A DNA stretch of 62,500 nucleotides, counting the filler, from Malassezia furfur (taxonomy: Eukaryota), in assembly GCA_052055015.1 (NCBI GenBank). It is 4 parts of 4 records of this genome, joined end to end, with 100 filler letters (N's around TTAATTAATTAA, not from the genome) between each part and the next. Parts side by side here need not be neighbours in the genome. Positions count along the whole stretch, not along the records: positions 1 to 15,574 come from JBQJIT010000267.1; positions 15,675 to 31,239 come from JBQJIT010000268.1; 2 more parts are not named here. One strand, 5' to 3'. A model generated the notes under the pieces. That model made no database searches and had not been told where the DNA came from. It saw only the letters and a program-made list of their open reading frames with translations. Both the position numbers and the translations under genes were made by a program. Positions 9,375 to 19,752 of this stretch are shown here, in pieces. The first letter of the stretch is position 1, and each line of letters starts with the position of its first letter.

Positions 9375-10427
9375 ATGCCGCTCGAAGCAACGATGCTGGT
9401 GATCGACAACTCGGAGTGGATGCGCAACGGCGACTACCCTCCGACGCGTTGGGACGCCCAGTCTGACGCGGTCAATATCCTGTTTGACGCAAAAACCAAC
9501 TCGCACCCGGAGAACATGGTCGGCATCCTGACCATGGCCGGCAAGAGCCCCGAGGTGCTCGCGACGCTCACGCAGGATATCGGCAAGATCTTTGCCGCGC
9601 TGCACGCGAGCAAGCTCTCGGGATCGCTCAACCTCGTGTCGGGGATCAACGTAGCGCAGCTCGCGCTCAAGCACCGCCAGAACAAGAACCAGCGCCAGCG
9701 CGTGATTGCGTTTGTGGGTTCGCCCGTCGCAGACACCGAAGAGGACCTGGTGCAGCTGGCCAAGAAGCTCAAAAAGAACAACGTCGCTGTTGACATCGTC
9801 AACTTTGGCGAGGAAGCGGAAAACAACGAGAAACTTGCCAAGTTTGTCGAAACGGTGAACAGCAACGACAACAGTCACCTTCTCTCCGTGCCGGCCGGCA
9901 CGCAGCTTCTCTCGGATACCCTGATTACTTCGCCCATTGTCTCAGAGGGCGGTGCAGATGGCGGCGCAGGGCCGAGCCACGCCGAATATGGCGGCGTCGA
10001 TCCTAACATGGACCCTGAGCTGGCTATGGCCCTGCGCATGTCTCTCGAAGAGGAGCAAGCGCGCCAACGGGCCTCGGCACAAACCACCGCCGAGGGTGCG
10101 GCAGGCTCCTTGGTGCCCAGGGATGCACCCCCAATCACCGGCACCGAGGGGATGCAGACCGATGCGAACGACGACGCCAAGAACGAGCAGGCGCTTTTGG
10201 AGCAGGCGCTGGCGCTCTCCCAGGGCGGAAATGCGAGCAGCAATGAACCAGCTGCATCGTCGAGTTCTAACATTCCGTCGGGAAACACGATCGAGACCTC
10301 GCGTGCGACCGTTGCTGGTTTGAACGAGGGCGACGAAGATGAAGAGATGACCGAAGAGGACGCCATTGCACGGGCCATTGAAATGAGCTTGATGGACTCG
10401 AAGGAGAACTCATCAGAGAAGCAGTAG
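9375..10427 (+). CDS. RPN10: 26S proteasome subunit Rpn10
   Basis: MPLEATMLVIDNSEWMRNGDY vWA domain; DPELAMALRMSLEEE UIM. Confidence 0.95.
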   Translation: MPLEATMLVIDNSEWMRNGDYPPTRWDAQSDAVNILFDAKTNSHPENMVGILTMAGKSPEVLATLTQDIGKIFAALHASKLSGSLNLVSGINVAQLALKHRQNKNQRQRVIAFVGSPVADTEEDLVQLAKKLKKNNVAVDIVNFGEEAENNEKLAKFVETVNSNDNSHLLSVPAGTQLLSDTLITSPIVSEGGADGGAGPSHAEYGGVDPNMDPELAMALRMSLEEEQARQRASAQTTAEGAAGSLVPRDAPPITGTEGMQTDANDDAKNEQALLEQALALSQGGNASSNEPAASSSSNIPSGNTIETSRATVAGLNEGDEDEEMTEEDAIARAIEMSLMDSKENSSEKQ

Positions 10428-10822
10428 TTGGTATAGCACATAACCTAACCAATAACAATAACTCATTTTAGTGTATACTCATGGACGAGTCGATGATTTG
10501 CTTAGTGGTTTTGACCTTTCTTAATGAATAATATCAACGCTCTTTACTAGGCTGCCGACTACTATCAAAACTTGTAACTTTCCCTTATTTCTAGTCGAAG
10601 GTTTTGATCACAATAACTTGTACTACAGGATTTTAAGCGAGTAAGTCACACTGGACACGACGATGTAAACAAAGAAGCAAGTTTTGCGCGCGCGATGTAA
10701 TAATTCAGTAACTGTCTTCTATCAAAAATTGAATGTTCCTGTGATTTGGAGCCTTAGTTTAGCTGCGAACCTCTTGGTACGCATCGTTTACGGCTCGAGT
10801 TCCTGTATTCTTGACAGGGAAT

Positions 10823-10975
10823 TTAGGCGATAACACAGTAGAAAACGCCGTTGGGGAGGCCAGTGCCATCATCATACTCCTGGTTCACAGGTACCTTGAT
10901 TTCAGTGTCCTTGGCATAGCTAGTAGGCACAACAGAGGTGGCCTGGGCGGTGAAGACTTCCTGAACAGTGTCCAT
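10823..10975 (-). CDS. mfa: Mating lipopeptide pheromone precursor, 50 aa (absent from ORF track)
   Basis: MDTVQEVFTAQATSVVPTSYAKDTEIKVPVNQEYDDGTGLPNGVFYCVIA*; C-terminal CAAX; divergent from an STE3 receptor; TATA-like element at ~11033-11040. Confidence 0.92.
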   Translation of the reverse strand: MDTVQEVFTAQATSVVPTSYAKDTEIKVPVNQEYDDGTGLPNGVFYCVIA

Positions 10976-11104
10976 GATTGATAAAGTTGGTTGAAGTTGT
11001 TGTTGAGAAATGCTAAGTGCAATCCGGTACCATTATATATGTTTCAACTTCGTATCATAATACTTCGTAGCAGCATTACAGCTGTCAAAGAATGATTTAG
11101 ACCT

Positions 11105-11388
11105 CTTTGTCTATCTGTTACCTTTGTGCATTTAGAATGGATATCAGAAGCGACTTTCAATATCCGTGCGCGAGTGGGACCTCCACATTGAACCATCAAC
11201 AAAGAAATTAAAAGCTTCTAATTCAAATTAGTACGGCCAACATGCTTTGATTTTTTTTGTGACAAAGACTTTGTGGTGTCCAAACAAAGGAGTGATCAAC
11301 GAACACAAAGCGAAATTGGAAAGTAACACTTTTAATGATAAATTCTTCTTTGTGTTGACCAATCTTATGCCTTCGATTAAGTCTTTGT
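11105..11388. promoter_or_regulatory. Cluster of HMG-box (Prf1/Ste11-type) pheromone-response-like elements
   Basis: Nine ACAAAG/CTTTGT hexamers at 11105, 11122, 11199, 11262, 11269, 11284, 11305, 11348, 11383 in the mfa-pra intergenic region. Confidence 0.7.
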
Positions 11389-11495
11389 TTCACAGAATCA
11401 ACCGACAATCCTGTCAGATCTAAGATCTGTTCAACTTCTGTACTAGTGATATACATGAATTGTTCACAGGATGCGAGAAAGTCAGACTGGCAAAA

Positions 11496-12707
11496 ATGTT
11501 GAGTTCTACATTAGCTTTCATATTCTTCGCATTCATATCCGTTCCAGCACTTCTGGTGTCACTTCCTTTTCATCTCAAAGCACAGAATGCTGGGACGACT
11601 CTGATCATATGCTGGACGAGCCTCGGAAACTTTGTCGAGGCAATTTCTGCAATTGTCATGTTGAATGCTAATGACGTGAAAGCGGTTGGATGGTGCGACT
11701 TTGCGGGCGCCATAAGGTATACATGGGGTACGGGCTGTTGTATGGGTGGCCTGTTGCTGCTCCGTCGATTGGCCATTATTGCTTCAAAGCAAACTGCATT
11801 CAAAGACGAGAGAGAGAAGAGAAGAGTATTTGCAATTGAAATTGCAATTGGCATTACCATCCCTTTACTTGAAATCTTGTTTCATTTTATTGTGCAAGGT
11901 CATCGCATGGATGAGTTTCAAGATTTTGGGTGCATGGCACCAATATACCCTTCGGTTGCGACCATTTTTCTGGTTATGCTTTATCCTATTGTCATCACGA
12001 TCATTTCAGCTTTATATGGAAGTGAGTACTTATCGGCTAAATTCTAGTTCTTGCCGTACGCTCTTTGACCGTGCGGAGAAAAGAGTTCTATCACATGCTC
12101 AGTTATGAGGATACGGGAATTTCCCGTTCTCATTATTTACGTTTGATGGCACTTGGACTTATTGACATTATCTTGTGGCTCCCGCTCTCACTAACCTTCC
12201 TCATCTTGGATCTTTCCAACATGAAAATTCAATCTTACCAGAGCTGGTCCCATGTCCACATTGATTTCAACCGCGTCGAATTCGTTCCTATTGACACATT
12301 TGTTCATGGAAACTACAGTGTGTATGTTGCCGCTGAGCTCGGTCGCTGGATTGGACCTACACTGGCTCTAAATTTCTTTATTTTCTTCGGGGTCAAATCA
12401 GAAGTTTGGGCTTCCTATTGGAGTCGTTTCATTAAGTTCAGAAACATTGTATGCCAATGGGGGAGAACGAAGATCCCAGCACAAAACGACTCAGATGCTG
12501 ATATATTTGACGATGTTGAAGACAAAACAACCCCGATGTATGTTATCTAAATCGATGGGATGGCTTACTGACTTTAGTGTGCAATCGCAATTTGGAACTG
12601 AACGAACATTTACGACTTCCAGGAATTCGCTTCCCAACTCGCTTGGTAACAGTCTCCCCGACATCGATATTGAGAAAGCAGAACACATGGATATCTACTC
12701 GACGTAG
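11496..12707 (+). CDS. pra: STE3-type pheromone receptor (7TM); introns 12022-12047, 12538-12577
   Basis: PFHLKAQN, WCD, IVQGHR, GC-P, YLRLMAL, SWSHVH, FFIFFG motifs. Confidence 0.93.
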
Positions 12708-13206
12708 CGTGGATAGATGTCTGATTATATCGATCTTAAAAATGGCACTTACTCAACTAGCTGAGTTTACAACATGTTACTATTTGCATTACCAAATGTA
12801 TGACGAATAAGCGTGTGAATGGAACGTCCTAACGAGTTCATTCACGATAAAATTGTCAATGCATTCGTATTGGCAAAACATATTGACCCTCAACATCCAT
12901 CTGCCTGCGATTCTAGCAAGCTAGAAGAGGCAGGATGAGAGAGCTTCGATAGTGCCGTGCTAACATGTCCTGACACATAGACGATGCAAGTGCATTACAC
13001 CATCCACGCAACCCTGTTCCTGACATAAACGCACATGTATCTCTGCTAGGTCAACAGATGATAATCCATTGCGAATACGAGCGTCAGTATCCGTCTACAT
13101 GGTAAGATGTCAAAAGCGAAGTGCGTGGGCGCGCGAAAATCGGACCTTCGATTTTAGTCAGCACAACCAGATTTTCGTGTCGCAGCCGCCGTGTGCATCC
13201 AGAAGC

Positions 13207-14118
13207 ATGGTAGGTTGAGCCCGGTTGACCCATTAGTCGCGCATCGACCTTCTCAGTTCCGGTGGCTATCGCATGGATGGCCGCCGTCCATTGGAGCTGC
13301 GGTCCATGGAGTTTAAAATCTCGCCTCACATGTCGAGCAGCGCGTCGCTAATTCCTGCGAGCGCAAGTGCCGCTGGTCGTCCGGACGGATCCGCGCAGGT
13401 GACGCAAGGACTCACCAGTGTCTGTGTGTATATTTATGGCCCTCGTGAGCCTGGGCGCGCGAGCCGTGCGCCGACCGTGCGGCAGGACCGTGCGGGCATT
13501 CATGTTGAAATGGCCGTCGCGCCGTGGGGCGGCATTGAGCGGCGGCATCGCGCACGCAACGACCGGTACGTTGGAGGGTGCTCATCGGAAGGAGACTCGT
13601 GGAGTGGGCAAGCGCCATTCGCAGCACGTTTGAGTCGGTGGTTCATACGCACATTTTCCCACGGTCGCGAATTGACATTGTGGTGCACGTCCTGCAGCAG
13701 GATGGCGGTACGTGCCCTTCAATACGCTCATACAGGCGTTCTTCCCACTGCAATCAATGCGTGCACGCTGGCGCTAATGGATGCGGGCATTCCTATGGCA
13801 GACTACGTGACGGCGCTCACGTGTGGCCTGTACGGCTCGACGCCCCTACTGGACCTTAACCTGACGGAGCAGTCCGATTTGCCCTTTGTGACATTGGCGG
13901 TGCAGCCGCGTTCTGGCAATGTGCCACTGATGCTCCTGGATACCCGTATTCACATTGAGCGATTTTCCGCGATGGTGGGCATCAGCGTGGAGGCGTCCAA
14001 GGTGATCCGGGATGAAATGGACGCTGCGATGCGGCACCGCACGGAGAAACTCGCGCATGCCATGCGCGGCGCGCGCCATGAGCTGCTCGGCGAAGAGCCC
14101 ATGGCACAGGATGCATAG
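13207..14118 (+). CDS. SKI6: Exosome subunit Rrp41/Ski6 (multi-intron; first intron 13210-13236 directly after ATG)
   Basis: M|SRIDLLSSGGYRMDGRRPLELR, GSA, YGPRE, LQQDG, INACTLALMDAGIPM. Confidence 0.88.
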
Positions 14119-14275
14119 AGGGCCGTGCGCATGTGCCACGTGCCTCCACGTGGGGAGGCCCGGCGAAGGTCATAGAAGCTCGTGAACGACCGGGCCAGGC
14201 CGTGCGGGCCGTGACGCCGATGCGTGTTCCGGTTGGACAGGGCGTACCCGGTGCGCGGGCCTCCGCCTTAAATAA

Positions 14276-15514
<1,239 letters not shown>

Positions 15515-15574
15515 TGAACGACCACTTGGGACAGAACATCACGTGGTGTATCCGGTGGGACGTGCGGGGTGCGG

Positions 15575-15674
15575 NNNNNNNNNNNNNNNNNNNNNNNNNN
15601 NNNNNNNNNNNNNNNNNNTTAATTAATTAANNNNNNNNNNNNNNNNNNNNNNNNNNNNNNNNNNNNNNNNNNNN
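15575..15674. other. Artificial contig linker
   Basis: N44-TTAATTAATTAA-N44, stops in all frames. Confidence 0.98.
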
Positions 15675-16081
15675 AGTCGACCAGTGCCGCGGCGGGCGCC
15701 GCCGCGCAGCGCGCCTCGGACGCGGGGCGCGACCGCGTACGGGCGCAGCTGCAGGCGCAAGAGGCCGAAGAGGCCGAGCGCCTCGTGCACAAGGACACGG
15801 TCGAGGCGAAGCTGGATGCGTGGATGAACGGCAAGCGCGGCAACGTGCGTGCGCTGCTGTGCTCGGTCGACGACCCGCAGTACGGCCTGCTGTGGCCGGC
15901 GCTGCAGTGGAAAAAGGTGCAGCTGCACGAGCTGGTGACCGACGCGCAGGTGAAGCGTGCGTTTACGCGCGCCATTGCGAAGCTGCACCCCGACAAGCTC
16001 AAGCCGAGCACGACGAGCGTGGAGCAGCGCATGATTGCTACGGGCGTGTTCCATGCGTTGAATGAGGCGTTCCATGGCTAG
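15675..16081 (+). CDS. SWA2: Auxilin-like Swa2 C-terminal J domain (5'-truncated)
   Basis: WMNGKRGNVRALL, WKKVQLHELV, AIAKLHPDKL, VFHALNEAF. Confidence 0.8.
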
Positions 16082-16085
16082 ATGT

Positions 16086-17287
16086 CTACAATGCCGTGCG
16101 CGACAGTTTCTGCAGCGAGTTGAGCAGCACGTCGCCCTCCTTGATGATCCGGCTGTACTGCGCGTTCTTCGCGTCCGGCCGCCGGTTCTCGATCACGCCG
16201 TCGACCTTGTCGATCACCGCGGCGAGGCGGCCCGCCGAGATGAAGCGCGACAGCTCGCGGTCGACGTAGTCGGCCGTGACGCCAAACGCCGCGGCCATGT
16301 TGTCCAGCGCCACACTCCGGTAGCTCTCGAGCAGCTGCGCAAAGGCAATGATGCGCATCTCGCGCACGTAGTATTGGGTGTGCGGCGCCAGCACGCGCGA
16401 CGGCAGCAGGTACGCCTGCTCCACCTCGGCGAGCGCACGGAAAAAGGCGGCGTACTCGCTGTTGTACAGCGACGAGGAGTAGGTGCCGAGGTGCGGCAGC
16501 TGCTCGATCGTCTGGAGCACCTCGGGCGACTCCATCATCTTCTTCAGGTCACGGCGCGAGAGCGTCACCATGCCCATGAGCACCGTGAGCTTGATAAAGT
16601 CCTCGTACTCCATCAGCTCGGTCGCGGTAAAGGTGCTGAGCGCCTCGAGGCACAGCTTCGACGACGTGGCAAAGTCGCGCACGGACGCCGCATACACCGC
16701 GCGGTACGCCGTCAGCCGGTTGCGGCGGTCCCAGTCGCCGCCCTTTTCAATGAGCTCCGAGGCCTGCGCGATGCTCTCCTGCGTCAGGTCCGTGTCGCCA
16801 AAGAACAGGCCCAGCCGGATCTTGAGCAGGCTCAGGTCGATCTTCGAGCCGAGGCCGGCCGCCTTGTCAAGCGCCACCTGGATCGCAGCCAGCGCCGCGT
16901 CCTTGTCGCCGATCTGCGCCAGGTACAGCGCGCGCTGCTTCAGCACCGTATGCAGCTCGACTTCGCCCTCGCTCGTCTCCGCCTGGCTCTCGGCGTTCTG
17001 CAGGCGCGCGAGCTCGGCGTCGTTTTTTTGCTTGAGCGACGCAATCAGCGCGTCCTTGCGCGGCACACGCCGCGCAATCGCCTCGTCGGCCAGCAAAAAC
17101 TCGTAGTAGGGCACCATTTCTGCACGGTCAGCCACGCGCCTCACCACGTACCGTCCTTCTCGATCTCGGCGAGCAGCACGCCGAGCGCCTTCTCGCGCGT
17201 CGCCTCGTCCGACTTCCCCCGCATCACCTCGAACAGGCTCTGCTGCACGCGGGGGTTGGGCACGGGCGCTACCGAATCGTCCTCCAT
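16086..17287 (-). CDS. RPN7: 26S proteasome lid subunit Rpn7; intron 17120-17151
   Basis: EMVPYY, GGDWDRRNRL, EALSTFT, QLLESYRS, IDKVDGVIENRRPD. Confidence 0.93.
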
Positions 17288-17384
17288 GCTCGTGTCTCGA
17301 AGCCACGCCAGCGTCGATCGGTGCGCGGGTGCTGACTAAAGTAGGTGGAGTGACGCGTCGCTTGCTTCCGGGACTCTGACGACG

Positions 17385-18676
17385 ATGGCGACCGCGACGC
17401 ACTCGGTGGCCGACGCGAGCGCGGCCATTGAGGCCGGGCGCCCGCAGGAGGGCAAGGCGATCCTCGAAAAGATCCTGCAGCAGCAGGCCGAGACGGACGA
17501 CGAGGAGCTGCTCGCCGAGCAGGAGGCGGCGCTCCTCCGGCTCGGCCAGCTGCACCGCGACCAGCACGACGCCCAGGGGCTCGCCGAGACAATGCGGGCC
17601 TCGCGCACTTTCATGTCGTCGATCGCCAAGGCGAAGACGGCGAAGCTCGTGCGGATTTTGATCGACTACTTCTCCGACATCCCCAACAGCGAGCGCATCC
17701 AAATCGACGTCACCAAGGAGAACGCCGAGTGGGCCAAGAGCGAGAAACGCATCTTCCTCAAGCAGAACCTCGAGACGAAGCTGATCGGCCTGTACTACGA
17801 GGCCAAGGCGTATCGCGAGGCGCTCCCGCTGATCAACTCGCTGCTCAAGGAGCTCAAGACGCTCGACGACAAAATGATCCTCACCGAGGTGCACCTGCTC
17901 GAGAGCAAGGTGAACCACGCCATCTCCAACTTCCCCAAGGCAAAGGCGGCGCTCACCTCGGCACGCACCGCCGCCAACTCGATCTACTGCCCGCCGGCCA
18001 TGCAGGCGCAGCTCGACATGCAGAGTGGGATTCTGCACGCCGAGGACAAGGACTACAACACCGCCGCGTCCTACTTCCTCGAGACGTTTGAGGCCTTCGC
18101 AGCTCTGGACGATGCGCGCACACTCCGCGCACTCAAGTATATGCTCCTGTGCAAGATCATGCTCAACCAGCCGCAGGAGGTGCATTCCATCCTCGAGGGC
18201 AAGACAGCGAGCAAATACACGGGTCGCGAGATCGATGTGATGAAGGCGGTCGCCCAGTCGCAGGCCGACCGATCGCTGCAGGCATTCGAGGCGACGCTCC
18301 GACAGTACAAGGACGAGCTGTCGAGCGACCCGATCGTGCGCAGCCACCTGTCGGCGCTGTACGACTCGCTGCTCGAGCAAAACCTGCTGCGCGTCATCGA
18401 GCCTTACTCGCGGATCGAGCTGGCGCACATTGCCGAGCTCGTGCACCAGCCCGTGCGCGAGGTGGAGCAGAAGCTGAGCCAGATGATCCTGGACAAGGTG
18501 TTCCAGGGCGTGCTCGACCAGGGCGCGGGGTGCCTGGTGGTCTTTGAGCCGTCCGAAGAAGATGTATGTTGCGCACCCTACTCACACAGGAAACCTACGA
18601 AACCGCGCTCGGCACGCTCAAGCAAATCTCCAACGTCGTCGACAGCCTATACCAAAAGGCCAGTGAGCTTACGTAG
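17385..18676 (+). CDS. RPN6: 26S proteasome lid subunit Rpn6; intron 18564-18589
   Basis: KAKTAKLVR, EVHLLESK, LTSARTAANSIYCPP, KLSQMILDK. Confidence 0.93.
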
Positions 18677-18759
18677 TCCAATCACGTGCTGTTCTCGAGA
18701 CTTCCATAGTCGCTGGTGTGTGCGCGTCCGGGGAAGGTGCGTCGCCGTCCCTAGCAACC

Positions 18760-19734
18760 ATGTCGACGTGGAACAAGCACTACCACTGGAAGACCAAGGG
18801 CTGTACGCCCTGGGCGAAGGAGTGGTTCACCGAGAAACTCGTTGGAAAATCCGCCTCTATTCCGGGCGAGAAGGACACCTCGGTGTCGGTCGAGCGTCTG
18901 TCCAAATTTGACGGCGACGTCGAGCTCGGCAACCGCAAGGGCAAGCTGATCACCATCTACGACTGCTCCGTCACGCTCAACTGGACGGGTGCGTCGCCGG
19001 ATGGCGACGAGGTGCGCGGCACCATCACCTTCCCGGAAGTCTCGCACGAAATCGAAGACAACGGCGAGAACTACCGCTTCGAGACCGAGCTCAGCACCGG
19101 GTCGTCGGACGCCGCGCGCACCATGTACCAGACGGTGCGCCAGACGCTCGCGCCCGAGCTCGAAAAGGTGCTTCACGACTTCCGCACCAACCTGATCGAG
19201 ACCCACGCCAAGGACCTGGGCCACGACGATACCTCTTCGTCGACGGCGGCCCCGTCGTCGGGCGCGGCCGGCGCCGCAGCGACGCCCGCTGCGTCCTCGG
19301 CCCCTTCCAAGCCCAAGGACGAAGCGGTGAGCACGAGCAGCGCGGCGCTGCGTGCCACCGCGCAGCTGGCCATCAGCCAGGCGGATCTGTGGGACCTGCT
19401 CACCAACCCGGCACGGATCCCCATGTGGTCCAAGGCGCCCGCGCAGCTCTGGCTGAACCCCGGTGCGAACTTCTCGCTGTTTGGCGGCAACATTACCGGC
19501 TCGGTGGTATCGGTGGATGCGCCCCGGAAACTTGTACAGTCGTGGCGTGTGCCGCAGTGGCCCACGAACCACTATGGGACGCTCACCACGGAGCTAACGC
19601 AGTCGGAGGACTCGACCAAGCTCGAGCTGGTGCTCACCGGCGTGCCGACCGGCCAGGAGGACACCACGCAGGCCGGCCTCGAAAACTACTACATCCGCGG
19701 CCTCAAGTCGATCGGGCTGGGGACCCTCTTGTAG
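18760..19734 (+). CDS. AHA1: Hsp90 ATPase activator Aha1
   Basis: N-terminal HWKTKGCTPWAK, GNRKGKLITIYD; C-terminal AHSA1 domain. Confidence 0.9.
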   Translation: MSTWNKHYHWKTKGCTPWAKEWFTEKLVGKSASIPGEKDTSVSVERLSKFDGDVELGNRKGKLITIYDCSVTLNWTGASPDGDEVRGTITFPEVSHEIEDNGENYRFETELSTGSSDAARTMYQTVRQTLAPELEKVLHDFRTNLIETHAKDLGHDDTSSSTAAPSSGAAGAAATPAASSAPSKPKDEAVSTSSAALRATAQLAISQADLWDLLTNPARIPMWSKAPAQLWLNPGANFSLFGGNITGSVVSVDAPRKLVQSWRVPQWPTNHYGTLTTELTQSEDSTKLELVLTGVPTGQEDTTQAGLENYYIRGLKSIGLGTLL

Positions 19735-19752
19735 TTCGTGCTATACAGATAC

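Noticed and set aside
12930..13030. AGGATGA followed by two TCCTGACA motifs as a possible C/D snoRNA
   Set aside because: No terminal stem, host intron or recognisable rRNA/snRNA complementarity
10428..13100. AT-rich island as horizontal transfer or mobile element
   Set aside because: It contains native intron-bearing mating genes; no transposase, LTR or terminal repeats seen
13207..14118. Apparent frameshifts in SKI6 (likewise VMA16, GPI8, TSC13, ELC1) suggesting pseudogenes
   Set aside because: The breaks coincide with short GT-AG introns that have branch sites
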